A model generated the notes under the pieces. The model was given only the letters and a program-made list of their open reading frames with translations, was not told the origin of the DNA and did no database searches. DNA of 64,000 nt from a virus. The stretch is taken from the IMG/VR virus record IMGVR_UViG_3300045256_000829, positions 3,503 to 67,502 of that record; one strand, written 5' to 3'. Each line of letters starts with the position of its first letter. Position 1 is the stretch's first letter. This document shows, in pieces, positions 46,794-56,645 of this stretch. A program made the translations under genes and the position numbers.

Positions 46794-48107
46794 TTAGCCG
46801 CCGAATGCCGACTTCGGCGCGAGTTGAAGCGCCGGGGAATCTTTGGGCGCAGCCGGAGCTTCCTGTTTCTCTTCCACTGGCGCGGAATCTTCTGTTTGAC
46901 GACCGGAGGGCAGCAGGGAAGTGGCGCGGCCAGCCCAATCCGCGCGCATTTGTTTGATATGCTCAATGTCCGCCGCTTCGAGCATCGCGCGATAGGTTTC
47001 GGCTTTGAAATCGTTGCCCCAAATCCTGACACCTTCTTTCAACGCTTCCTCGATCAGATCGGCGCGATAAGTGCGTCCCGTGCGCGCAAGAGAGACAATC
47101 TCGCGAAGGCCAGTCGCGAGGTCAGTCGTCGTGACGCCGGCGTCTTTCAGGGCAGCCTCAACAGACGAACGAACAGCGGTGAGGTCAGGATCGACGGACT
47201 GCGAGGGATTTGATTGCGGCGCGTCCCCCGCAGTCCGGGACTCCGTTCCAGGCAAAGTGGCGGGCGCGCTCACCTGCGTAGGAACAGAATTCGATTTATC
47301 GTTTCGCTGAGTCATAAGTCCTTCCTTTTCTCCGTACCCTGACCAGAACCGATCAAGCCCAGGGATAGGCGCGCCGCGATAAGCGGTTCGAATTGAGTTT
47401 GCAATTTCGGGTTTCATTCGGCCCGCTTCGATGTCGCGCGTAGCCTTGAGAATCCCGCAGCCGGGTGTAGCCCCGTCGTAAACAATGGAAACTTCCGAAA
47501 GGTGGGCGTCTTCGATCCAAGCGATTGCGACTTCTTCGCGAACCGCAACCACCTCGCCTTTTTCGTTGCGGTCTTCGACGGAATAAGTCACGCCAGGGAA
47601 GTGCCAGCAATCCCAATCAAAGAGGTCAAGGCCGCAAATCGAGCAACGGAATTCGCCGCCGTGAAAGCCGATCGATACGTCGCGAGCGATCCCGGCGCGC
47701 ATCTTCACCAAAAACGATTCGGTGTCATCCAAGCCGGAAATCGTGAAGATGTCCGAAGTTACTCTGACGATGTCGCCGGATTCTGTGTATTGACCCGAGA
47801 GAGTTGCGCCGAGGCCAAGCTGGCGCGTGATGTGCGAATTCTGGAAACTGACACCCGCCTCGGAATCTTTGGCGTAATTCTGAAGCGACGACGGCGCCAT
47901 TCGCGTGAAATACGCATCCAGGCGATTGTTCGAAATCTCAGCCGCGAAGAAATAAGGGGCGTTGGTTTCGAAAATCGCAGGGTCATGCGCGCGTTCTTTC
48001 GCCCGCTGCATCAGCGTTTCATCGTTTGCGCCCGACGCGGTATTCATCAATCGGGTAAGCAATCGAGCCGGGTGCGCAAAAATGTCAGTCGGAGAGTAAG
48101 AACGCAT
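46794..48107 (-). CDS. Prohead protease-scaffold fusion
   Basis: NSH, DVSIGF, CSICG...CWH, EVSIVYDGA; helical C-terminal scaffold; start uncertain. Confidence 0.8.
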   Translation of the reverse strand: MRSYSPTDIFAHPARLLTRLMNTASGANDETLMQRAKERAHDPAIFETNAPYFFAAEISNNRLDAYFTRMAPSSLQNYAKDSEAGVSFQNSHITRQLGLGATLSGQYTESGDIVRVTSDIFTISGLDDTESFLVKMRAGIARDVSIGFHGGEFRCSICGLDLFDWDCWHFPGVTYSVEDRNEKGEVVAVREEVAIAWIEDAHLSEVSIVYDGATPGCGILKATRDIEAGRMKPEIANSIRTAYRGAPIPGLDRFWSGYGEKEGLMTQRNDKSNSVPTQVSAPATLPGTESRTAGDAPQSNPSQSVDPDLTAVRSSVEAALKDAGVTTTDLATGLREIVSLARTGRTYRADLIEEALKEGVRIWGNDFKAETYRAMLEAADIEHIKQMRADWAGRATSLLPSGRQTEDSAPVEEKQEAPAAPKDSPALQLAPKSAFGG

Positions 48108-48142
48108 AAAAATAAAAGCCCGCAAGATTTACTTGCAGGCTT
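48108..48142 (-). terminator. Terminator-like hairpin at start of head operon
   Basis: AAGCCTGCAAG/CTTGCGGGCTT + TTATTTTT. Confidence 0.55.
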
Positions 48143-48312
48143 CGCCAATTCCTGAAGAGATGTTCGGCCTTACCGAACCGCGAAATAATTATCATCCCAA
48201 ATTCACTTGACGCGCGAAGTAAAGCACTTGTTCAAAACAGTGTCAAGTAGTATGCTCAATTTTGTCTGAAGGGGGTCAATCTCGCGGCTGAGGAGTCGGT
48301 CGTGGGGGAGAC

Positions 48313-48360
48313 AAAGAAACGCCGCAAACTTGTATGAGGGAGTTTGCGGCGTTTCTTTTT
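48313..48360. terminator. Bidirectional intrinsic terminator
   Basis: AAAGAAACGCCGCAAACT/AGTTTGCGGCGTTTCTTT 18-bp stem. Confidence 0.8.
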
Positions 48361-48850
48361 ATTTGGTTGGCGTCACAAGGTTGAGCGATGTTTTCGCGTG
48401 CGGTTTCTCAGCATCGGGTACAAAATCAAGACTGTCTTCAATTACGCCGTAAAAGATCCCAGCGCCTAAGCGTTCCTGTTCGGCAAGGATTTCTTTCTCT
48501 TCCGCAGCGATTTCCTGTTTCAGCTTTTTATAAACCGCGTCGAGTTGCTTGCGCTCATCTGCGAGTCTTCGACGCCGGCGTTCAAGTAGGAAATAATCGT
48601 GAGAGAAGTTGAGCGCCTGAGAATCCGAGATTTTTCGCGCGACCATCGTCGGTTGGCGCTCCATCTGAACCGCTCTGGACTGCTGTTCGGCCGCCGTCAC
48701 GTTCGCATTGGTAATCTGATCGTCCATTGATATTGATACCTCACAATCGAGCCGGGATGGCCCTACGAAATCAATCATACCTCGTACAACCTGCGCCGCG
48801 ACGATTTCGAGGTATCTGACCTTGCAGAGTAAAGTTTCACTTTGCGTCAT
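48359..48850 (-). CDS. Hypothetical coiled-coil protein
   Basis: Ends at terminator; start uncertain. Confidence 0.55.
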   Translation of the reverse strand: MTQSETLLCKVRYLEIVAAQVVRGMIDFVGPSRLDCEVSISMDDQITNANVTAAEQQSRAVQMERQPTMVARKISDSQALNFSHDYFLLERRRRRLADERKQLDAVYKKLKQEIAAEEKEILAEQERLGAGIFYGVIEDSLDFVPDAEKPHAKTSLNLVTPTK

Positions 48851-48943
48851 ACTGCGCCCGTATTTAAAGGGATTTCAGTCAAGAATACCGCAGGGAAGGG
48901 CGCGCGAAAAGGGAAGCGCCATTAAATCGCAACCTTGCCCGCT

Positions 48944-49402
48944 TCAACGATTCTCCCACTGATGACGCCCTTCCAAATACGTGATCACAGAATGCCACTT
49001 TTTAGCCGGAACGGTTTCATAGCAGGACTTGCATAAGTGATGGGGACTATTAACACCGATCGACGTTAGAATCTCATTTGAAGGTTTCTGTTTATCACAG
49101 AGATAACAATCAAACGTGATCAAGCCTTTATCAGCGCAAACCATGCAAACATTTTCCGACTTGTCATTGACTGACAGGGATTGAATTCGCCAACCGGCGC
49201 GATGAATCTGAGTCGCGAAATCGCACTTGGAAGAATAAGGGAAGGGAGCCGTGACGGACCACTTCTCTGCACCACGAACCATCAGCTGTTGGCAGATAGG
49301 GCATTGATCAACCTCAACCAGCATCAGGGCGTAACGCTGGCCCGTCTCCGATGTATAGACAACTTCAGGAGTGTATTCAAGATCGTTCAGCTTATCGGAC
49401 AT
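48944..49402 (-). CDS. Zn-finger protein (four CxxC)
   Basis: GGAGG RBS; CPIC, CMVC, CYLC, CKSC. Confidence 0.65.
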   Translation of the reverse strand: MSDKLNDLEYTPEVVYTSETGQRYALMLVEVDQCPICQQLMVRGAEKWSVTAPFPYSSKCDFATQIHRAGWRIQSLSVNDKSENVCMVCADKGLITFDCYLCDKQKPSNEILTSIGVNSPHHLCKSCYETVPAKKWHSVITYLEGRHQWENR

Positions 49403-49574
49403 CCAACCCTCCTTCTATTCCCGAATGCGTCTCGCCACCGTGCGCCGCGTGCAGCGCGTCGGTGAGGCGTCCCAATAGTCCGCGATATACCAAGTTGCCG
49501 TAACCGTCATACCAATCGGCGCAAATTGCCAATATGAGCAAAGTGATCAAGACGGTTTTGACTGTACGCTTCAT
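49392..49574 (-). CDS. Small exported or membrane protein
   Basis: MKRTVKTVLITLLILAIC. Confidence 0.5.
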   Translation of the reverse strand: MKRTVKTVLITLLILAICADWYDGYGNLVYRGLLGRLTDALHAAHGGETHSGIEGGLDVR

Positions 49575-49614
49575 GGTTGCTCCGTGTAAAACTTTACCTG
49601 GTATTGCATAGGCT

Positions 49615-50175
49615 TCAATTTCGTTTAAGTTTGAGCGCTCGCTGACATCGGTTAAGGAAACCGTATTCAAGAGTTGCTTTTGACCAAACGTTGAGGGGTT
49701 CAACCTCGAAGGTCATACATTCCATATATCCCCCAGGCTCTTTATGGTCGGGGTCAGTCAAATCGAAAAATAGTATCTCGCCGTAGCAGTCGTCATTTTG
49801 CGAGATGCCGACAATGCCGACGCCATGCCTTTCGCAGAGAATTTTCAGATCTTCGGCAAACGGCATGTAATCCTCGTACACCTTGAACGATCCGCCTCTT
49901 TTTACGCCGAACCCGACAGACTGAAGCAACCTGGCCTTAGCTTGCTGATTGGATTCAAGATTGATCCATTTGGCCAGCGCGTCCCAGTTTTCGCGGCGAA
50001 GCAACGAAGCCTTTCGCGTACATTTGCATCCGGAATCAAAGAACAGGCGATTACCTTTCCTGAGGAAGTGTAAGCGCCAATCGCAATGCGGGCATTGGTG
50101 ATAATCGACTTTCGTGATCTTGTTGGCGATCATCGCCTCCTTGATCTGACGACCTGTAACATCGAGGAAAGCCAT
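49615..50175 (-). CDS. Hypothetical protein
   Basis: GGAGG RBS; Cys motifs. Confidence 0.65.
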   Translation of the reverse strand: MAFLDVTGRQIKEAMIANKITKVDYHQCPHCDWRLHFLRKGNRLFFDSGCKCTRKASLLRRENWDALAKWINLESNQQAKARLLQSVGFGVKRGGSFKVYEDYMPFAEDLKILCERHGVGIVGISQNDDCYGEILFFDLTDPDHKEPGGYMECMTFEVEPLNVWSKATLEYGFLNRCQRALKLKRN

Positions 50176-50294
50176 TATGAACCTCCATTCTAATACTGTG
50201 GTTTGTTCTGATTGTGATTTGCCGGTGTTTTTCTCCTTTAGTCCGATTCAAAAGGGGTGGACTTTTTCTTTGTGTTCTGTACTTTGCTTTACAA

Positions 50295-50699
50295 TTAAAA
50301 GTACTTTCGTGGCGCTCGGCGCGAACAGTTTTGTTGACGGGTTACAGCTTCAAGATGTAAAGGGCTGGCACAGTGTCGCATACGACATAAATGGTCAGGT
50401 TCCAGTCCGTCAGGGACGGGGCCGACAAAGAACTCATAAGAGAACCGATGAGGGCTGGTTTTCTTTGCGCCCCTACGGCCGTCCGCTTTGAATTGCCCGT
50501 AGCCGGTATCGGTGCTGATATGTCCGGTCCATTCCCAGCAGGGAGTGCCGTTATAAAAAAGTGTATTGCTAACACATATCTTTTGGAGGAATCGGGTGAT
50601 AGGTAAGCGCCCTGTATATGGTGGCCATTTGCCCTCACCAATCAATCCTAAAAGAATAAAATTCAACTCTGAAATTTTATCGGGCGTCTCCATACTCAT
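50295..50699 (-). CDS. HNH endonuclease
   Basis: CWEWTG...GYGQF...HRFSY...DHLC...C..P.HLEAVT..N. Confidence 0.85.
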   Translation of the reverse strand: MSMETPDKISELNFILLGLIGEGKWPPYTGRLPITRFLQKICVSNTLFYNGTPCWEWTGHISTDTGYGQFKADGRRGAKKTSPHRFSYEFFVGPVPDGLEPDHLCRMRHCASPLHLEAVTRQQNCSRRAPRKYF

Positions 50700-50923
50700 G
50701 ATTCTTCCTCCCTCCGTTCGTAATAGATTACCTTCTGCAATCCAAGCGCATTCAAAACCGTTTCACCTGGGGTTCGCTTCCTTCGGAGTAGATCACCGAT
50801 GTATTGCTGGCTAACCCCGAACTCCTTCGCTAAAGCCTCCTGCGAGCCAGCTTTTATAAGGCGCTCTTTGATCATTTCAATCACTTCTTCCAGCGTTACA
50901 GCTGTAATAGTTCGTCGTTTCAT
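50696..50923 (-). CDS. XRE-family HTH protein
   Basis: SQEALAKEFGVSQQYIGDLL. Confidence 0.8.
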   Translation of the reverse strand: MKRRTITAVTLEEVIEMIKERLIKAGSQEALAKEFGVSQQYIGDLLRRKRTPGETVLNALGLQKVIYYERREEES

Positions 50924-51047
50924 AGGCCGCAGTATAGAGGTAATCGGCCCCTATCACAACAGGAAAGCTGTACAGCAGTAGCGTCCGATAATAGACGTTA
51001 TGTAACCCTTTAAAAGGGAATCAGCGGTTACAGCTTCGACGGCGCCG

Positions 51048-51554
51048 CTAAGGAAATAAAGCGTTGATTTTCTCAACCAGATGATTGAGAACCAATGCTG
51101 TAGCGCCCGGTGGCAATACTGTTTGCTCTCTCGCGTGCGAAGCCTCATTGCGGATCTTCCTGATGATATGCCACTCCCCGGCGCCCTTAGCCGTAAGAAC
51201 GCCGGCACGGACCAAGCAATTGATCCTCGTTTCGAAAGTTTTTCTATCCTTCGCAGACGCCTTGATCGTCTCGCATTTTACGACGATCGCTTCATCGGCC
51301 ACGCGATAAACCTGTTCCAACCCAAATGTATAAAGAGGGTAAAAGAAATAACCATAGAGCATTGCGCCCTTGGCAACCTCGAACAAGTTGACCAATTGGG
51401 ATGGAACACCTTTGGACAGCTCGAACGCCAAAAATATCTGCGCCCACTCTTCAGGCGGCATAGGCAAAACCTCACCCGTCGCGGTATTCACCTTGCTGAA
51501 GATGAGATTAGTCGGGTCAGGCGTGAGAAAGTTTTCAATGCTTATTATTTTCAT
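51048..51554 (-). CDS. HEPN-domain protein
   Basis: All-helical; RNEASH (Rx4H). Confidence 0.7.
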   Translation of the reverse strand: MKIISIENFLTPDPTNLIFSKVNTATGEVLPMPPEEWAQIFLAFELSKGVPSQLVNLFEVAKGAMLYGYFFYPLYTFGLEQVYRVADEAIVVKCETIKASAKDRKTFETRINCLVRAGVLTAKGAGEWHIIRKIRNEASHAREQTVLPPGATALVLNHLVEKINALFP

Positions 51555-51561
51555 TTATCGA

Positions 51562-52287
51562 TTAACCTGCATCCTCAGTTTTCAGGTTTAAATCAATCGC
51601 CTCAACAACGCGTTGAGCCTGATCGCGGATCATCTTCAATCTTCGCTCACCATCGCCAACCAAACCATATTCGACCATCTTCATTGCTTCAACGATCGAA
51701 CCAAATCGCCACTCATCTAGTTTTACTCCGGATTCTTCCTCGAACTTGGCAATCGTCTTTTTGACCCGTTCAAGTTCGTAACCGCGGCTTTCCTCGCCAG
51801 CTTTATAACCTCGCTGATATTCCATGGTCCGGACGCGTTCCAATTCAGCCTCTTTGGTAATCTGTTCTTGGGCGCGGCGGAAGAGAGCGGCAATGAATTT
51901 AGTTGTCAGTGGAATAGGTTCAAGTTTCGTCGGCTGGGTTATCACTTTCAGCTTTCCCGCCACGGGCGCCATCAATCCCCAGGTTGGCGGCAATTCGCCC
52001 GTCTGAATGATTTCCTGCGAAGCCGCGACCAAAAACCAATAGTCACAATATTGGGCGATCGATTCAGCTTTCGCGGGTTGCTTCAGTTCCTTTATCCAGT
52101 CCGATCGGGAAACCTTCAATTCGAAGCCAGTCAGGTACAATCCGCGGGATGGCCACAAGGACATCGCCAGCGCGTCCGCGTGCCGTGAGGCATGGCTCCC
52201 CGTGCCGTTCGGGACCTCTGTGAAAAAGGCAAATTCACCTTTCGGGTATTTTTGACGTAAGAGCGTCATTAGCTGCTCAGTTGTCAT
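51562..52287 (-). CDS. MmcB-like PD-(D/E)XK nuclease
   Basis: ADALAM...GFELKVSRSDW...YCDYWFLV...LPPTWGL. Confidence 0.8.
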   Translation of the reverse strand: MTTEQLMTLLRQKYPKGEFAFFTEVPNGTGSHASRHADALAMSLWPSRGLYLTGFELKVSRSDWIKELKQPAKAESIAQYCDYWFLVAASQEIIQTGELPPTWGLMAPVAGKLKVITQPTKLEPIPLTTKFIAALFRRAQEQITKEAELERVRTMEYQRGYKAGEESRGYELERVKKTIAKFEEESGVKLDEWRFGSIVEAMKMVEYGLVGDGERRLKMIRDQAQRVVEAIDLNLKTEDAG

Positions 52288-52288
52288 C

Positions 52289-52537
52289 TCACTTCCCTTT
52301 AAGCCTCTTCGCTATCATCCGCGTAAGCTTCAGCCATTGCTGATACTCGTCAGGCGTAAGCGGTAATTGCGCCGCCGTTGCGCGCCGTGAGCGGTAATCG
52401 GCCACCAGACAAACAGCCCCGTTGACCACGAACCCCTCAGGCAAAGCGCAAGGATCTTCAAGCGGCGGGTCAGTCTGGACAATGATAGCCTTGATGAACA
52501 GTTCACGTTTCCCAATAAGGATGTTAACGATTTCCAT
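52289..52537 (-). CDS. Hypothetical protein
   Basis: Operon packing. Confidence 0.5.
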   Translation of the reverse strand: MEIVNILIGKRELFIKAIIVQTDPPLEDPCALPEGFVVNGAVCLVADYRSRRATAAQLPLTPDEYQQWLKLTRMIAKRLKGK

Positions 52538-52545
52538 AATTAGTA

Positions 52546-53142
52546 CTACCGTAGAGACGCGAGCAATTCAGCCTCAAGAGGTGACAGATCCCATTCAGCT
52601 TCGACGATGAACAGCATCCCGGCGATCCGTCGCAACAAGAACGGATCAGTCGGATACTCTTCCCAGCGCTTGACCTCAAAAAGAATGTGGTAGTTGTTCA
52701 ACGCGAATCGCGGCCGGCAATCTGGCGGAATGTGCGGGACAGCCGATCGGCACGGGTTGCGCGCGAGCAATTTGTCATCGAATACGCCTCGCGGGAGTGA
52801 CAGGTTGGATGTCCGGTTTTGAGAATGCCAAGCATCCTTAGCTGAGAATCCCCCGTTCCCTTGACCTGCCCACCACGATGAACCAACCTCCTGGCGCGGA
52901 TGAAAGTGGACAGTTGGCCAATCAGCGCGAGCAATGGCAAGGCGCGGCTGCCCCTTCTCGTTCAAGCCGGCTTGCTTGAACGCCGTCGCGACGTTGACGA
53001 CGCGAGCGCCCTTGCTGATCGATCGATACATCGCTTCGACCTTATCGTCTTCGGCTGAGCGCTGGCGTGCTTTTATGCCGCGATACTGATCAAGTTTTTT
53101 AAGCGCTTCTTGCGAAGTAATGGTCAGAGTGTCAACGTTCAT
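52546..53142 (-). CDS. Conserved phage hypothetical protein
   Basis: GGAGG RBS; PRLAIARAD...DPFLL...WDL. Confidence 0.7.
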   Translation of the reverse strand: MNVDTLTITSQEALKKLDQYRGIKARQRSAEDDKVEAMYRSISKGARVVNVATAFKQAGLNEKGQPRLAIARADWPTVHFHPRQEVGSSWWAGQGNGGFSAKDAWHSQNRTSNLSLPRGVFDDKLLARNPCRSAVPHIPPDCRPRFALNNYHILFEVKRWEEYPTDPFLLRRIAGMLFIVEAEWDLSPLEAELLASLR

Positions 53143-53286
53143 AGATCCTCCGATTCTTGTGGCCCGGATTCAAACCGGGTTCGCCCCTAAGTCTGCGATT
53201 TTACGGCCCTATTGTTATCCTCGAACTCTTAGGAAGAAGCGGACAACGGCCGGCTTGCTCGTCACCAAGCTGCCACGGGATCAGTA

Positions 53287-53514
53287 TTAGTCTGTTAAGT
53301 TTAAAGTCGCCGCAACTTCCGCAGCTTGAACTTGTCTCCCATTCTTGCGTAGCGCTTGAATAAGAAATGCCTTCGTATTGAGAAACTTCTTCTCAAGTCC
53401 CCTTTGACCTTCCGGTGAAAAACCGGGCGCGCCTTGCTGTAAATTCGCCGCGTATTCTCGATACTCCTTGCGGATCGCCAAAGTGTCCTCAAGTAGGCGG
53501 TCAATATTTTTCAT
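53287..53514 (-). CDS. Hypothetical protein
   Basis: AAGGA RBS. Confidence 0.55.
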   Translation of the reverse strand: MKNIDRLLEDTLAIRKEYREYAANLQQGAPGFSPEGQRGLEKKFLNTKAFLIQALRKNGRQVQAAEVAATLNLTD

Positions 53515-53515
53515 A

Positions 53516-54163
53516 TTATTCCTTTAGCGCCTCCGCACCGTCTTTGTTTTCAAGCCGGCGACTGACGATTTGAACCCGCACAACCTTCCCTGGCATCGCG
53601 CCGGCGTCGGGAATTCCGACTGATTCACGCAACACCTTGCCGAATGCAGTATTCCCGACAAGGCCACCGACAAATACACGATCTGTTACTCCGACGACTG
53701 AAAACACGGACGGGTAAGTCTTCGGGTAGATTCGCCCTTCCCTGCGCTCGTAATCCCGCGGCTTGATCGCCAAGTCAACACCTGAAATCCGCGGTAAGAA
53801 ATCGATCCCGTAAATGCGCGAGAGCGCCGACGCTGCGACTTCATCCTTTAAAAGAAGTTCGATCATCACAAGGCGATCGTCAAGGAAGCTCAGCGTCGCG
53901 CCCTTGAGGTCCGCTGGCTTGTATTCGAGCTTTCGATAAATCTTTTGCTCGATCCTTTTTGTTACCCACTTTGAATCCACGTCGAAAACCCTCAAACGGT
54001 CAATCTTATCGCTGGATGGTTTACCCATGACTTCGATCACGCCTTGCGGCGTCGCGTCGTCGATGACGAAGCCTCGCCACCGATCGGGTTGCGCGTCCTG
54101 GGAATGGATTGTTGTGATTGCTAATATGATTAGGCATAGACTGACACTTACTTTTTTGAGCAT
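53516..54163 (-). CDS. Secreted/periplasmic protein
   Basis: Signal peptide MLKKVSVSLCLIILAITTIHS. Confidence 0.7.
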   Translation of the reverse strand: MLKKVSVSLCLIILAITTIHSQDAQPDRWRGFVIDDATPQGVIEVMGKPSSDKIDRLRVFDVDSKWVTKRIEQKIYRKLEYKPADLKGATLSFLDDRLVMIELLLKDEVAASALSRIYGIDFLPRISGVDLAIKPRDYERREGRIYPKTYPSVFSVVGVTDRVFVGGLVGNTAFGKVLRESVGIPDAGAMPGKVVRVQIVSRRLENKDGAEALKE

Positions 54164-54254
54164 TGGCTGAAATCTCCCTTTTGTTTTAGGCAATCTGAAA
54201 AGGTAGGGACGCCCGCGATTGCCCGGGAGATTTTCGCCGATGATTCGCTCTGCC

Positions 54255-54665
54255 TCAAGGCGTGTAAGGCTCGTTCAGTACATAAACCAGCGCGCAAGAG
54301 CCCGTGTCTATACCAGCTACTTCAGGTGACTGCCCGAATCTTTCGCCGCTTATCGCTGCAAAGTTGATCACGGCCCTGGCAACGGTCAATGTCGCGGGCA
54401 ATCTTGGCCCCTCCAGTTGAATAGCCATCACGAATATAAGTTCTCCGAATTCTGTGATGTCTCGATTGATATGCAGCCTTAACCCGTCATCGAAGTCGAA
54501 AGTATGATCACGGAGAAATAGCCGCTCATCCTTCGTTTCGGTAAAACCTTCTCGGATCGCCGCTTCAAAACGCGCCTTTAATTGATCAATCGTTTCAGGC
54601 TCAAACGGTAGCGGCTTTGCTCCGGCAAGATTGCCTTTGAGTTCAGTACCGGTGTTTTCAGACAC
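54255..54665 (-). CDS. Hypothetical protein
   Basis: GGAGG RBS, GTG start. Confidence 0.65.
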   Translation of the reverse strand: MSENTGTELKGNLAGAKPLPFEPETIDQLKARFEAAIREGFTETKDERLFLRDHTFDFDDGLRLHINRDITEFGELIFVMAIQLEGPRLPATLTVARAVINFAAISGERFGQSPEVAGIDTGSCALVYVLNEPYTP

Positions 54666-54682
54666 GTTCCCTCCCTTCTCTT

Positions 54683-55108
54683 CTATTGAACGTTAAAGGG
54701 TGAGAGTTGTCGCTTCGGTGGAGTGCAACCCAGGTACAAGGTAGCGATCATCTGATCGGCGAATTCAACATGGCCTCTCAAAATAAACGGGTGAATTTTG
54801 CGCGTGGCAATCTGCTGATCCATGTATTGAAAAGCTTGAGCCGTTAATTCGTCGAAACCGAGCCGGATGAATTTCTCAACCTCTTCCCATCCGATCGCTT
54901 GAGCCTCGATCAAAATCTTCACCATCACTGCGAACTTTTGACCGTTCTCTTGTTCAATTTCGCCGCTCATTGCTAACGGTTCAAGCTGAACCAAGAATTC
55001 AGGCCGTTGCGGCTTGATCAGGTTGATTACGTTTTCGAAGCAATGAGTAATTGTTTGGCTCGCGTTCATCGCGCCGATCGGAGTTTTTAATAGCGGAGAT
55101 TCGATCAT
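54683..55108 (-). CDS. Hypothetical protein
   Basis: TAATG coupling. Confidence 0.65.
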   Translation of the reverse strand: MIESPLLKTPIGAMNASQTITHCFENVINLIKPQRPEFLVQLEPLAMSGEIEQENGQKFAVMVKILIEAQAIGWEEVEKFIRLGFDELTAQAFQYMDQQIATRKIHPFILRGHVEFADQMIATLYLGCTPPKRQLSPFNVQ

Positions 55109-55392
55109 TATTCCTCCATCTCGATTCTATGTTTCGAGCAATCATCTTCACCTGTGACCAACACGAAGCCACTTGGATCATTGATCACAGGCTTGCACGC
55201 GCACTCGCCGATAAACCGGCCAATCGCGATTAAGCGGCGACCTGATCCGGCGTCAAGCTCAGCTTTAAACTCCCCTGCAATAATCGTGACGCCGACAACT
55301 TCGCCAGTCGCGTCGCGCTTTACGCTCACGTATTGTGATAGTCGTTCGGCTTGATTCTCTATCAAGCTCATTTGTTCTACTTGCATAATCAC
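55108..55392 (-). CDS. Hypothetical protein
   Basis: Coupled to neighbours. Confidence 0.6.
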   Translation of the reverse strand: MIMQVEQMSLIENQAERLSQYVSVKRDATGEVVGVTIIAGEFKAELDAGSGRRLIAIGRFIGECACKPVINDPSGFVLVTGEDDCSKHRIEMEE

Positions 55393-56090
55393 TCCCTGGG
55401 GAGATATGGCAGAATCGCGTCATACTGCTTTTGCAGTTGCCTCCGCGCGAGAACGCGAGCGGCGGGATAAGGCTCTTGATCACAAGCAGCCTCAAGAAGT
55501 GGGAGTCCGGTTTCGATCGACTTCATTACTTCCGCGCGCGTCGCTTCTCTGCCTTCGGCAAACCATCTCACTTGATCTGGATTACCAACCCTAAACAAGG
55601 CAGTCCGATCGGTTGGAATGATGTCGTAGCTGCGTGTATACCAAAGCAGCGTTACGCCCGGATTGCGCTTGATCATGACGCCGCCAGGCTCGCTGTATCC
55701 TTCAGGTATCTCCGATTCCCTGCGAACCATTTTAGGAATTGTCAGAAACGGACAGGCGCGAGCCGAGTATTCGGCGCATTTGAAATGGGACGGCGGTTCC
55801 GGATTCGTGCGGTTCACTCCGCACATGCATCCCATCACGAAGACGAAGCGCGAACCGAGTTGATTGCCGCACACCCAGCACAAGCCGCGCGTATAGGCGA
55901 GAAAGTGTTTATAGCCGTCCATAATTCGGAAGTCGGGCGCGCCCTCGCCTGCATTGCACGGCTTGCCGTCTTTGAGCCATTGAACAAACCAAGGGACAGG
56001 CCTGCCCTTATCGTCCATGTATAAACCCTTCATATGTTCCGGCAGTTCTAAATGACTGAGACTCGGATGGATATTTTGTTGCTGAGTCAT
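55389..56090 (-). CDS. Zn-binding phage protein of unknown function
   Basis: PVPWF...CWVCG...EPPSH..C...CPFL. Confidence 0.7.
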   Translation of the reverse strand: MTQQQNIHPSLSHLELPEHMKGLYMDDKGRPVPWFVQWLKDGKPCNAGEGAPDFRIMDGYKHFLAYTRGLCWVCGNQLGSRFVFVMGCMCGVNRTNPEPPSHFKCAEYSARACPFLTIPKMVRRESEIPEGYSEPGGVMIKRNPGVTLLWYTRSYDIIPTDRTALFRVGNPDQVRWFAEGREATRAEVMKSIETGLPLLEAACDQEPYPAARVLARRQLQKQYDAILPYLPRE

Positions 56091-56234
56091 ATCGTCCTTC
56101 CAAAAGCGCGAAAGCCGCTGCGGTTGTTAATCGCGGCGGCCCTCTCTGACGATTGAAGTTTGACGATGTGGGAGGATACTAGCAGTTGTGTCGCGCCCGC
56201 GTCAAACCACAATACACGCCGCCGCCTTTGCGTG

Positions 56235-56501
56235 TTACTCGTTGAGGTCAAGATCCACTTCGCTGTCATTAGCCGGTTCACTCGTTTTCAGGTATTCGTT
56301 AATAGCGGCCAGCGTGATCAAAATCGTTTTTCTGGAACCGCGCCCTTTTTTGACGATCTGAAGCTTGCCCTCCCGTATTTCACGTTGAAGGAATGAGAGA
56401 GAAACGCTGAGGGTTTTCGCGGCTTGCTCTGGCCGTAACGCCATAACGAGCGCCTCATCCGCTTTGAGTTTTACCGCAAAAATGTCCGAAAAATCAGCCA
56501 T
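56235..56501 (-). CDS. xis: Excisionase-like HTH protein
   Basis: LRPEQAAKTLSVS...EIREGKL; divergent from integrase. Confidence 0.7.
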   Translation of the reverse strand: MADFSDIFAVKLKADEALVMALRPEQAAKTLSVSLSFLQREIREGKLQIVKKGRGSRKTILITLAAINEYLKTSEPANDSEVDLDLNE

Positions 56502-56645
56502 AACAAAACCTGTATTGAAGAGTAGTGACCGCTCAAGACCGCTTGATATATTAAGCGTTTCGCTTGGTAGGGTCAAGGTTGTCGCTTGATAATTAATGTG
56601 ATTTACTTGATTCATCAGAGTTTGACGAAAGGACGATTGACGACG

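Noticed and set aside
53159-53276. Bona fide tRNA gene
   Set aside because: Acceptor stem only 5 bp, T-loop TTTGAAT, no clear anticodon arm
56502-56645. att core between xis and int
   Set aside because: No second copy found; only operator-like palindromes visible
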